The notes: generated from the sequence alone by a model not told the origin. Shown: positions 25,352 through 36,345, numbered from the stretch's first letter. The stretch is DNA of 64,000 bases from Paraphysomonas bandaiensis (GCA_965644295.1 CBFFRP010000433.1:1-64000), one strand, 5' to 3'. Numbers and translations are program-made.

Positions 25352-26892
25352 CTACTCCGGGAAAGTGCCATCTGAAGTGGGCTCCAGCTTCAGCTCATTC
25401 AAATCATGAACTAAATCAGGCCTCAACACAACCACCACCGCATTGACAGCAGCCACACAACCTTTCAAGTCCATCTCTGTATCGTGACTGTACGCGTTAT
25501 TTGGCGACAGTGGAGCCGACACTGGATGTAGCAGGGAAAAATTCTGTCCGCAAGCCGCTTGTTTTCTGAGACACTGATGGTGAGGAGTCGTGCGATTGTT
25601 TCTTTGCAGTCCTCATATAACACCTGGGCCTCTCTTCCTATATTTAAAGCAACAAAGTGAGCGTACAACTGTTGTCTGAAGAATGTCAGGAAAGTCACAG
25701 TCTCCTCACGGGCCTGGAGTTCAACTGCACTCAGCTCAGGGGCACTGGTTGGAGCACAACCGTTCTCCTCCATGCGGCGTCTTTTGGCAGCCAACCCATC
25801 GTCTGCATTAGGAATGTCTGTAACTCCCTCCACATATTCCGGTGGAGCCGAAGCAACCGCGCGCACAGATGCGTCGTCCAGTGCCTTTCGTTGCTCCTCT
25901 GTTAATAGGCGCACAGCATTATGTCGGGAAATGGTTGCAATCAAAGACTTAATCGGAACATCCATATCAATGGCCGCCTCAAGATTCTTCATGGTTTCAA
26001 CTAATCGGTAGGTGGCATGGGGATGAAGTAAAAAAGATCGTTGGTCCGTCTGGTCTTTCTGGTGTTCTTCCCGAACTCTGGACATAACTGCATCTGATGC
26101 CCCGCAACGCTCAAGAAATCCAGGTGCTTGGCGCTCCAACTCTGACAGCACAATGTATCCATCCGGCTCTTGCAGGAGTTTATTCAAATGAATTAGAGCA
26201 AAGTTATTGACCTCAAAAGACGCTCTAGTGCTGTTCATTCGAGTCTGCTCGGCCAGTGCATTCATGTAAATCTGTCGCCGCTTCTTATCGTACTCCGAGA
26301 TGACTTCAGCATGCTGTGGATACTTAGGGTAGGGACAATCCGACCACGGATCAGGCTGAATCCTAAACTCAACACTATGGGGCGCCACATTGCATACGGG
26401 ACAGCTACACTTCACTTTAACAATTAAATCACAACCCTTGCACCTGCCCATTGGAGGTATGAATGTGGTGGCGTTGCTGATGGGGCAGTCGTGCCTTAAT
26501 GCTGCTTGCAACTCCGCACTCGACATGCACACAGGACAACGAGTGCACTCCAAGCGATCATCTTTACTTGCTTTTTTCATCTCTGCGGCTTTGCAGTAGA
26601 ACACGTCGTCCCTTTCTTCGTCATTTGTTATTGGTAGCCGTCGAACATCTTTCTTTGCGCGCACGTGTTTCAGGAATCCCTTCCAGATGGTATAATGATG
26701 AAGACACCCAGGACACCTCACACCATCTTGTGGTGGATTTCTTGTGTTCGATTTGAACCTTTCCTGCCCACCGTGAAGTACGGTGTGTTCTGGAACAACA
26801 TCGCGGAGTGATGGGAGGTGAGCGGCCACCAAATTCTCGGAAGGAGCAAACACGAATATATCGCCACCATCGTGGTGATGAGCTGCAGCCAT
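25352..26892 (-). CDS. Transposon-borne Cys/His-rich orphan protein, copy 1 (1-bp frameshift near 25540)
   Basis: Nearly identical to 31312-32853, but A5 instead of A6 truncates the ORF at 25465. CPGC..H, CxxC clusters and an AKRRR NLS-like motif. Confidence 0.8.
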
Positions 26893-27068
26893 ATTGTTAC
26901 ATATCGTACAGTGTAATGGAGTTGTGGGTATAATTTGAGTCCGCCAGGGGTAGAATGGAATGCTTGTGGAATGCTCGTGTCAGAATTGGAGAGTCGTCGG
27001 AATGGGTGTGGAGAGAGTGTTTTTGTGGAAAAACGAGTGCGTGGATAAAAGTTGACAGAAACGTACAG

Positions 27069-27084
27069 TACATACATACATACA

Positions 27085-27118
<34 letters not shown>
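27069..27118 (+). repeat. (TACA)n spacer between the two transposon copies
   Basis: 50-bp array starting and ending in TA. Confidence 0.97.
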
Positions 27119-27365
27119 CTGTACGTTTCTGTCAACTTTTATCCACGCACTCGTTTTTCTGTAAAATGTGGAAGGTACCGTACTCAAGCCCGCACCATAA
27201 TGGTGTGGAACTATATAAGTGGTGATGATGAGTGACCAGTGGTATGTATGGTGTTGCTGGTGAGTAATAGATCCAGGGAGGTGGGTGTTGAAGGAGGAGC
27301 TCTCTCATCACAGCATGGTATCATACATACAGAACATAATAACAGCGAGAACATATCATAGTAGC

Positions 27366-28187
27366 ATGGAATCAACTACCACGGAATCAACTACCACGGA
27401 ATCAACTACCACGGAATCAACTACCACAGGGGGCATTAGAAAAGTCGGTGATGGGGAAACCAAAAATCGTAACTCCTCTGCGTTAGCTCAGTTTGCGAAG
27501 TACTTGGAGATGCGGTTCGACGGGAAGAAGAGGTATAAGGAACTCATAGACAGTGATATAAATGTAGAACTATTTCAATGTTTCGGTGGCTTTTTGATCG
27601 ATCACGCCGTCCATGGAACAACGAAGAAGCCTTTGACCCTAGGTACTGCTTGGCAGTATTTGTCAGACACGAAGACTGCGCTGACGAAGCGATTTAAAAG
27701 AAATGAGTTATTAAGCAGCTCCAATGAGCTGTGGTACAAAGATGTGAGAGCGGCAGTATCAAAGCATATTATCAAGCGGTGTATCGCACAAGGAGTGCGT
27801 ATATCAGAGAAAACAAGTCCAGTGGGGAAAGAACTAATGAAGCGCATAGGTGAATACATTATACATCGGGCATCTGATTTCTCCGGTAAGTGGACATACT
27901 TCACATATCTATGATTTACTGTATACCCTATGGTAGACAACGTCAACAAACAGAAAAAACTAAATCGAGTATTGACTAAAGGACTCGGCCTATTGTACGA
28001 TGACGAGAAACGTTTTCTTGATGAGCCGAAACCCTGTATGGCAAGTCAGTCTACTTCGTACAGAGAATGGAAGAGTAATTTAAAATGCATAGCTGAAAAG
28101 GTTGAATTGCGTGTTATTGTTGATTTATTTGGTCAGGAAAATTACGACAAGTTTCACCCCAAAAAAAAGCCTCTAAGAAATACATAA
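27366..28187 (+). pseudogene. Internally deleted tyrosine-recombinase-like gene, copy 2 (N-terminal exon plus probable C-terminal fragment 27930-28187)
   Basis: Same exon 1 as copy 1 (4 versus 5 ESTTT repeats). It diverges inside the intron at 27925 and continues into an 85-aa coding fragment absent from copy 1. Confidence 0.5.
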
Positions 28188-28264
28188 ACAGTATATATGA
28201 TGCAATGAGTGCACGAAGGGACAGTGATGGTAACATTATTCCAAGGACAAAGAAAAGGAAACTT

Positions 28265-29190
28265 CAGTCTGATGTTAGTAATCTGTAGAATGCCAATATA
28301 TGTATTCATTTATAACCACTCCATCAACTTTTTATAATGTACCCTTATAATTAATGATTCATTAGTAATTGGAATACATCGTATCATTATTTACAGAGCA
28401 TACAACAGTATAATCAACCATTACAGCGTTCAGCATTTTATTATTCGACACAGTCTGATGTTAGTAATCTGTAGAATGCCTATATGTATTCATTTATAAC
28501 CACTCCATCAACTTTTTATAATGTACCCTTATAATTAATGATTCATTAGTAATTGGAATACATCGTATCATTATTTACAGAGCATACAACAGTATAATCA
28601 ACCATTACAGCGTGCAGCATTTTATTATTCGACACAGTCTGATGTTAGTAATCTGTAGAATGCCTATATGTATTCATTTATAACCACTCCATCAACTTTT
28701 TATACTGTACCCTTATAATTAATGATTCATTAGTAATTGGAATACATCGTATCATTATTTACAGAGCATACAACAGTATAATCAACCATCACAGCGTTCA
28801 GCATTTTATTATTCCACACCGTTCAGAATTCTTATCACATACAGCCATACTGCATACCCTTACACAACATGACACATATTCACTGCAAGATGGAACAGGG
28901 GCAGCCGGGCGCTTGTGTCGCTTAGGCATCCCTCTTGCACCGGTAAGTATAAACGTCATTGCGCCTACAACAGCATAATAAACCATCACAGCCTTCAGCA
29001 TTTTATTATTCCACACCGTTCAGAATTCTTATCACATACAGCCATACTGCATACCCTTACACAACATGACACATATTCACTGCAAGATGGTACAGGGGCA
29101 GCCGGGCGCTTGTGTCGCTTAGGCATCCCTCTTGCACCGGTAAGTATAAACGTCATTGCGCCTACAACAGCATAATAAACCATGACAACA
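28265..29190. repeat. Tandem arrays inside the YR-like module: 3 x about 185 bp, then 2 x 198 bp
   Basis: CAGTCTGATGTTAGTAATCTG at 28265, 28451 and 28635. TTCAGCATTTTATTATTCCACACCG at 28797 and 28995. Confidence 0.92.
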
Positions 29191-29828
29191 TTCAGCATAT
29201 CATATACCATCACACAACATAGTGCATGCATGATATACAGCCTTCTATTCCTTCAAATGTACCACTTCTCATCTCTCTACATACCTGACACTTTAAATAG
29301 GATGATGGGAGCATGATGCTCCCACCTGGAATTCAATCATTGATATCCATATCAAATCACTTCATACCATAATATACAGCCCTTCACAGTTCCTCTCCAT
29401 ACAGCCTTATAAACCTCGTCCAGTAACTGCATATCTCATCTCACAGTTTCATGAAATAAGATGGTAGCAACATGTTATCACCTATCATTCAAGCACTCAT
29501 TAACGTGTATCTGCTGCATATGGCTGCCTCGTCATATTACTATATACATATACTCGATGCATGTGATATGATGCACTATGCTATGATGCACTCTGCTGAT
29601 TGGATCACTCGATGGGCGCACTTGCTGTGCGGCCTTTGTGTAAAAACAAGGGTGCGGGATCCCGCACCTGCGGTGCGGGCTAAATAATTTTTCCACAAAA
29701 ACACTCTCTCCACACCCATTCCGACGACTCTCCAATTCTGACACGAGCATTCCACAAGCATTCCATTCTACCCCTGGCGGACTCAAATTATACCCACAAC
29801 TCCATTACACTGTACAATATGTAACAAT

Positions 29829-30785
29829 ATGGCTGCAGCTCCTGTATTGGATCTTTCTGAAGACTTCATTTATGATCATCCGGTGTTTCGAATTGATCAC
29901 AGACTTGTTGAGCATGAGCCTGTTGAGGCAGAGGAAGGAATATCACAACATGGTTTGTCTAGGCATCAATATACAGTATTGTTTTGGTACAAATGTTGTT
30001 TTAAGGATACCACTCTGCTTGAATGCGCAGAGTTTCTGAGAATTGTTTGCAACGTGACTGTGAGCCGATCCACAGTGTGCAGAGCACTCCTCCGACTTGG
30101 TTTCAAGAAAAAGCATATGAAGTACATCGCCAAGTATCTTGACGAGAATGATAGAGTGGCATTTTGGGTCAATCCGCCTGATCATTCACTGCGACCGGGT
30201 GTGCTTGGGGTTTATTATCGGGACATTGTGGACCTAGACGAAAGCGGCTTTTACGTCTCCAATTCACGGCGTGTCTGTGGTCACTCTCTTGGGAGCACCT
30301 CAAGCAGTTCTATTGGAAACAAAGCCCGCATGCTGCCCCACTACTCATTGCTAGTTGCTATCGACGCTCGCAAAGGTGTGATCAACAACATATTTTATCC
30401 ACATGGCACAACTTCGGAGGTATTCTACCACTTTGTTGTGTACCTGTTAATTCCCAGTCTTGAGGGTACTGGGAGACGTGTCATTACAATGGATCGCTTG
30501 AGTGCTCATTTTGGAGTTGTGGTCAAAGCTCTAACGGATGCTGGACATTATGTTGTCTTTCGTCCTGCTTCGTCCCCTACCTTTGCACCAGTGGAATGGG
30601 TATTCAGTTACGTGGACAAGTTTCTTCAAGAGCATAGTCCACAAGTCACGCCCAATTCATTAAAGTTTTGGTTAAGGACGGCTTTGGATACAATTAGTAG
30701 GTTTGACGTCAAACAGTATATGGCAGCTGCACACTTTTATGTCCCGACGTATCCGTACACACCTTACCGCGGTGAACAATCATAG
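29829..30785 (+). CDS. IS630/Tc1-like DDE transposase, copy 2
   Basis: Protein identical to 23869-24825. Confidence 0.92.
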   Translation: MAAAPVLDLSEDFIYDHPVFRIDHRLVEHEPVEAEEGISQHGLSRHQYTVLFWYKCCFKDTTLLECAEFLRIVCNVTVSRSTVCRALLRLGFKKKHMKYIAKYLDENDRVAFWVNPPDHSLRPGVLGVYYRDIVDLDESGFYVSNSRRVCGHSLGSTSSSSIGNKARMLPHYSLLVAIDARKGVINNIFYPHGTTSEVFYHFVVYLLIPSLEGTGRRVITMDRLSAHFGVVVKALTDAGHYVVFRPASSPTFAPVEWVFSYVDKFLQEHSPQVTPNSLKFWLRTALDTISRFDVKQYMAAAHFYVPTYPYTPYRGEQS

Positions 30786-31311
30786 GGGTGCTATGTGGTT
30801 GTAGTGCACGTTGTGACTGCGCTGCACTTAGTATTTATTAATCTGGTTATTTATTCTTAACTATTCTAAATTATTATTCTTAAGTAATTTGGAACAGTAT
30901 ATTGCAATACCTTGCAAATGATATTAATCTGTTTAATATATTATTAGCTATATGTCGGTGGAATGCTTTTCACTTTTCACATTGTAATTATATGATATGT
31001 TACTAGTTTCATACGAAATTGAAAGCGCAGTGCTCACGGCAATAGTGATGAGAGTAAGCTTGTGTAATTTGGGCTCAAAATGAGTCCATTAAAAATTTGG
31101 GTGAATGTGTGATTATTACACAGTTCTAGTGATGACATAATATGATTAATAATTAATACATTAATTAACAATAATAAAATTTATATAAAACTTCTTGACA
31201 ACGATTGAATAATAATAACAGCGAAAAGCAATAATAATAAAAGGCTATATCTGGAATCAGCAGGCTATAATAAGAAAACAAACTAATAAGAAAAGACACA
31301 ATGCTAAGGGT

Positions 31312-32853
31312 CTACTCCGGGAAAGTGCCATCTGAAGTGGGCTCCAGCTTCAGCTCATTCAAATCATGAACTAAATCAGGCCTCAACACAACCACCACCG
31401 CATTGACAGCAGCCACACAACCTTTCAAGTCCATCTCTGTATCGTGACTGTACGCGTTATTTGGCGACAGTGGAGCCGACACTGGATGTAGCAGGGAAAA
31501 AATTCTGTCCGCAAGCCGCTTGTTTTCTGAGACACTGATGGTGAGGAGTCGTGCGATTGTTTCTTTGCAGTCCTCATATAACACCTGGGCCTCTCTTCCT
31601 ATATTTAAAGCAACAAAGTGAGCGTACAACTGTTGTCTGAAGAATGTCAGGAAAGTCACAGTCTCCTCACGGGCCTGGAGTTCAACTGCACTCAGCTCAG
31701 GGGCACTGGTTGGAGCACAACCGTTCTCCTCCATGCGGCGTCTTTTGGCAGCCAACCCATCGTCTGCATTAGGAATGTCTGTAACTCCCTCCACATATTC
31801 CGGTGGAGCCGAAGCAACCGCGCGCACAGATGCGTCGTCCAGTGCCTTTCGTTGCTCCTCTGTTAATAGGCGCACAGCATTATGTCGGGAAATGGTTGCA
31901 ATCAAAGACTTAATCGGAACATCCATATCAATGGCCGCCTCAAGATTCTTCATGGTTTCAACTAATCGGTAGGTGGCATGGGGATGAAGTAAAAAAGATC
32001 GTTGGTCCGTCTGGTCTTTCTGGTGTTCTTCCCGAACTCTGGACATAACTGCATCTGATGCCCCGCAACGCTCAAGAAATCCAGGTGCTTGGCGCTCCAA
32101 CTCTGACAGCACAATGTATCCATCCGGCTCTTGCAGGAGTTTATTCAAATGAATTAGAGCAAAGTTATTGACCTCAAAAGACGCTCTAGTGCTGTTCATT
32201 CGAGTCTGCTCGGCCAGTGCATTCATGTAAATCTGTCGCCGCTTCTTATCGTACTCCGAGATGACTTCAGCATGCTGTGGATACTTAGGGTAGGGACAAT
32301 CCGACCACGGATCAGGCTGAATCCTAAACTCAACACTATGGGGCGCCACATTGCATACGGGACAGCTACACTTCACTTTAACAATTAAATCACAACCCTT
32401 GCACCTGCCCATTGGAGGTATGAATGTGGTGGCGTTGCTGATGGGGCAGTCGTGCCTTAATGCTGCTTGCAACTCCGCACTCGACATGCACACAGGACAA
32501 CGAGTGCACTCCAAGCGATCATCTTTACTTGCTTTTTTCATCTCTGCGGCTTTGCAGTAGAACACGTCGTCCCTTTCTTCGTCATTTGTTATTGGTAGCC
32601 GTCGAACATCTTTCTTTGCGCGCACGTGTTTCAGGAATCCCTTCCAGATGGTATAATGATGAAGACACCCAGGACACCTCACACCATCTTGTGGTGGATT
32701 TCTTGTGTTCCATTTGAACCTTTCCTGCCCACCGTGAAGTACGGTGTGTTCTGGAACAACATCGCGGAGTGATGGGAGGTGAGCGGCCACCAAATTCTCG
32801 GAAGGAGCAAACACGAATATATCGCCACCATCGTGGTGATGAGCTGCAGCCAT
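31312..32853 (-). CDS. Transposon-borne Cys/His-rich orphan protein (513 aa, intact)
   Basis: Long intronless ORF with CPGCLHHYTIWKGFLKHVR (C2H2-like), CTRCPVC, CKGC..CSCPVC and an AKRRR basic motif. Confidence 0.85.
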   Translation of the reverse strand: MAAAHHHDGGDIFVFAPSENLVAAHLPSLRDVVPEHTVLHGGQERFKWNTRNPPQDGVRCPGCLHHYTIWKGFLKHVRAKKDVRRLPITNDEERDDVFYCKAAEMKKASKDDRLECTRCPVCMSSAELQAALRHDCPISNATTFIPPMGRCKGCDLIVKVKCSCPVCNVAPHSVEFRIQPDPWSDCPYPKYPQHAEVISEYDKKRRQIYMNALAEQTRMNSTRASFEVNNFALIHLNKLLQEPDGYIVLSELERQAPGFLERCGASDAVMSRVREEHQKDQTDQRSFLLHPHATYRLVETMKNLEAAIDMDVPIKSLIATISRHNAVRLLTEEQRKALDDASVRAVASAPPEYVEGVTDIPNADDGLAAKRRRMEENGCAPTSAPELSAVELQAREETVTFLTFFRQQLYAHFVALNIGREAQVLYEDCKETIARLLTISVSENKRLADRIFSLLHPVSAPLSPNNAYSHDTEMDLKGCVAAVNAVVVVLRPDLVHDLNELKLEPTSDGTFPE

Positions 32854-33029
32854 ATTGTTACATATCGTACAGTGTAATGGAGTTGTGGGTATAATTTGAG
32901 TCCGCCAGGGGTAGAATGGAATGCTTGTGGAATGCTCGTGTCAGAATTGGAGAGTCGTCGGAATGGGTGTGGAGAGAGTGTTTTTGTGGAAAAACGAGTG
33001 CGTGGATAAAAGTTGACAGAAACGTACAG

Positions 33030-34365
33030 TATGTATGTATGTATGTATGTATGTATGTATGTATGTATGTATGTATGTATGTATGTATGTATGTATGTAT
33101 GTATGTATGTATGTATGTATGTATGTATGTATGTATGTATGTATGTATGTATGTATGTATGTATGTATGTATGTATGTATGTATGTATGTATGTATGTAT
33201 GTATGTATGTATGTATGTATGTATGTATGTATGTATGTATGTATGTATGTATGTATGTATGTATGTATGTATGTATGTATGTATGTATGTATGTATGTAT
33301 GTATGTATGTATGTATGTATGTATGTATGTATGTATGTATGTATGTATGTATGTATGTATGTATGTATGTATGTATGTATGTATGTATGTATGTATGTAT
33401 GTATGTATGTATGTATGTATGTATGTATGTATGTATGTATGTATGTATGTATGTATGTATGTATGTATGTATGTATGTATGTATGTATGTATGTATGTAT
33501 GTATGTATGTATGTATGTATGTATGTATGTATGTATGTATGTATGTATGTATGTATGTATGTATGTATGTATGTATGTATGTATGTATGTATGTATGTAT
33601 GTATGTATGTATGTATGTATGTATGTATGTATGTATGTATGTATGTATGTATGTATGTATGTATGTATGTATGTATGTATGTATGTATGTATGTATGTAT
33701 GTATGTATGTATGTATGTATGTATGTATGTATGTATGTATGTATGTATGTATGTATGTATGTATGTATGTATGTATGTATGTATGTATGTATGTATGTAT
33801 GTATGTATGTATGTATGTATGTATGTATGTATGTATGTATGTATGTATGTATGTATGTATGTATGTATGTATGTATGTATGTATGTATGTATGTATGTAT
33901 GTATGTATGTATGTATGTATGTATGTATGTATGTATGTATGTATGTATGTATGTATGTATGTATGTATGTATGTATGTATGTATGTATGTATGTATGTAT
34001 GTATGTATGTATGTATGTATGTATGTATGTATGTATGTATGTATGTATGTATGTATGTATGTATGTATGTATGTATGTATGTATGTATGTATGTATGTAT
34101 GTATGTATGTATGTATGTATGTATGTATGTATGTATGTATGTATGTATGTATGTATGTATGTATGTATGTATGTATGTATGTATGTATGTATGTATGTAT
34201 GTATGTATGTATGTATGTATGTATGTATGTATGTATGTATGTATGTATGTATGTATGTATGTATGTATGTATGTATGTATGTATGTATGTATGTATGTAT
34301 GTATGTATGTATGTATGTATGTATGTATGTATGTATGTATGTATGTATGTATGTATGTATGTATG
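33030..34365 (+). repeat. (TATG)n perfect microsatellite, about 334 units
   Basis: Uninterrupted array directly abutting the right TIR of copy 2. Confidence 0.98.
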
Positions 34366-34530
34366 GTTCTGCAGTTGGATATTTTGTGGAAAAGTTGATT
34401 CCACAATCTTGGCATACATACCTACATATACATACAGCCATACATACATATACCTACATACATAAACGTGAGCACACATACCTAAATAACGAAAGGATTG
34501 CAGTAGGTTAAAATCAAATTATCGTGATCA

Positions 34531-35769
34531 ATGCGTGTATGTTTCTTATGTTGCAACCCAAGCTCAGCAACAATTGTTCCTATATCCACTGGAAGGATCA
34601 TGATTATGGGTGGTGGGATGTATGCTGCAAACACAGTATTAACAGAAGATGAATTAAGATTTGTAAAAAGAGTTACAGAAGTGATGAAATATCAACCTCA
34701 ATGTTCATGTACATCATTCTGTTTTCCATGTTTGGAGAATAGAGCTGCACTTAGAGAGATTCAATCATTAAAGTCTGAAGCACAGAGAAATGGACTTGAT
34801 TTTTCTGTCAAGTATTATGGTAGAATAATTGGATTTGTGGCAATGGATTCGAAATCTCCTCTCAGGGCTGATCCGCCAGTCAAGTTGAAAGATGTATACT
34901 CATCATCAGGGTGGCATTTTTCTGGTATGCCAACTGCAGAACATGCTGAAATATTAATGAACTTGAACCAGACACTACAACCACATTGCGAGTTTTGCTT
35001 GTTGAATTTAGAACATATTGTATTTTCTCCTCCGAGCTGTGGAATGCTTTGCGCGATTTTGAGTCCCTGTAGGGGTTGGTTATGTCAGACTCTGATTGGT
35101 GCTCTTTCCAAGCTTCTAGCAATGGCAACAGCACCTTGTTGGAGTTGTTGCTCTGCGCATAGAGTTGCAAAGATGAAACCAGTTGCAAAGGACAAAGGTG
35201 TAATAATCAATGAAACATCTTTATGTGGTGCTGTGTACGCTCTTGGCGCTGAATACAGTGGTTACCCTTATCAACTGGTCGAGGTACCCAAAAATGATGG
35301 AATGCATCAACCAGTTGTTCTCCCTGAGTCGACCAGAAATGATTCTTCTATGGCTTCTGCTGGTTATGCTATGGTCTCAACTCCCAATAACATGCCTCCT
35401 GGTGGTTACACCATGGCCTCAACTCCCAATAACATGCCTCCTGGTGGTTACGCCATGGTCCCAACTCCCAATAACATGCCTCCTGGTGGTTACGCCATGG
35501 TCCCAACTCCCAATAACATGCCTCCTGGTGGTTACGCCATGGCCTCAACTCCCAATAACATGCCTCCTGGTGGTTACGCCATGGTCCCAACTCCCAATAA
35601 CATGCCTCCTGGTGGTTACGCCATGGTCCCAACTCCCAATAACATGCCTCCTGGTGGTTACGCCATGGCCTCAACTCCCAATAACATGCCTCCTGGTGGT
35701 AGTGCTACCAATAGTGCATCTCCTGGAGCTTGTACGGAGGTTCCTACTACAAATTCTATGGCACGTTAA
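34531..35769 (+). CDS. Cys-rich hypothetical protein (possibly PLAC8-like) with C-terminal 13-aa repeats; true start probably about 34607
   Basis: 412-aa ORF with CTSFCFPC and CWSCCSAHRVA motifs and TPNNMPPGGYAMV repeats. Confidence 0.65.
   Translation: MRVCFLCCNPSSATIVPISTGRIMIMGGGMYAANTVLTEDELRFVKRVTEVMKYQPQCSCTSFCFPCLENRAALREIQSLKSEAQRNGLDFSVKYYGRIIGFVAMDSKSPLRADPPVKLKDVYSSSGWHFSGMPTAEHAEILMNLNQTLQPHCEFCLLNLEHIVFSPPSCGMLCAILSPCRGWLCQTLIGALSKLLAMATAPCWSCCSAHRVAKMKPVAKDKGVIINETSLCGAVYALGAEYSGYPYQLVEVPKNDGMHQPVVLPESTRNDSSMASAGYAMVSTPNNMPPGGYTMASTPNNMPPGGYAMVPTPNNMPPGGYAMVPTPNNMPPGGYAMASTPNNMPPGGYAMVPTPNNMPPGGYAMVPTPNNMPPGGYAMASTPNNMPPGGSATNSASPGACTEVPTTNSMAR
35360..35700. repeat. In-frame 39-bp coding tandem repeat (about 9 units)
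   Basis: CAACTCCCAATAACATGCCTCCTGGTGGTTACGCCATGG units. Confidence 0.95.
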
Positions 35770-35989
35770 TGTGAATTTGTAATACATGCTATGTATTGTT
35801 AGCGAGGTAACTTATGAATGTCTCGCCAGCCTGTCAGGCAATAAACTTAATGACTATTGGTGATAGTAACTCTAATTGACAAGCTAGCTTGCTAAGAAGG
35901 TAACATAGCTAAATACGAGTTAGTTTTGTCCAGAGTTAGTTTAGTATAATCTGTAAATTCGCTTAGAAATTAGATGCTACTCATCACTA

Positions 35990-36345
35990 TTGACTATTGA
36001 TCATTTCAGACAACTAAGATCGTCCTAAAAGAAATTACAGTTAATCAAACTAGATAAGTGATGTTATTAAATTGCATACACTATTGTGTTTTGTGAAGAA
36101 AAACTCATCAACAACATGATAATATAATTAGTTCATGCCATCCTCTTCCGTATCTTGTACAGTCGTGGTACAATACTTCAGTTTCACAGTTATAGCTATA
36201 TCGTATGTTTGACTACGTATTACAGTTTCTCACATTGTATTTATTGACAATTGACCATTTTCAGACACTTAAGATCTTTTCAAGAGAAGTTACAGTTAAC
36301 CAAACTAGATAGATTATGTTATTATAATTGTATACACAATTGTGA
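35990..36345 (-). mobile_element. Two degenerate LTR fragments related to the Copia LTR at 59538
   Basis: The reverse complement matches LTR blocks TATAGCTATAACTGTGAAACTGAAGTATT, CACAATTGTGTATACAATTATAATA, TCTAGTTTG and TCTGAAAATGGTCAATTGTCAATA. Confidence 0.75.

Larger units (their letters stand above)
22628..27068 (+). mobile_element. Composite IS630/Tc1/mariner-type DNA transposon, copy 1 (4441 bp)
   Basis: Perfect 41-bp TIRs CTGTACGTTTCTGTCAACTTTTATCCACGCACTCGTTTTTC at 22628-22668 and 27028-27068, TA on both sides, DDE transposase inside. Confidence 0.93.
27119..33029 (+). mobile_element. Composite IS630/Tc1/mariner-type DNA transposon, copy 2 (5911 bp)
   Basis: Same 41-bp TIRs at 27119-27159 and 32989-33029, TA flanks, near-identical to copy 1. 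Confidence 0.93.

Noticed and set aside
25530-25545. Programmed frameshift in the copy-1 orphan gene
   Set aside because: A single-base homopolymer difference (A5 versus A6) is more simply a mutation or sequencing error.
28265-29190. CRISPR-like array (also considered for the 21-bp and 39-bp repeats)
   Set aside because: Units are contiguous near-identical copies without unique spacers, there are no cas genes, and the context is eukaryotic.
31312-32853. Fanzor/TnpB RNA-guided nuclease as the transposon's second gene
   Set aside because: No RuvC D-E-D motifs or C-terminal CxxC-RuvC arrangement are visible. The Cys clusters are N-terminal, and the gene's 3' end points inward rather than at the element end.
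33030-34365. Telomere or interstitial telomeric repeat
   Set aside because: Internal, flanked by genes, and TATG is not a G-run telomere motif I can support.
32679-34511. Long YIHT/MYVC ORFs (also 22391-22744 and 50236-50959)
   Set aside because: Stop-free translations of the tetranucleotide microsatellite.
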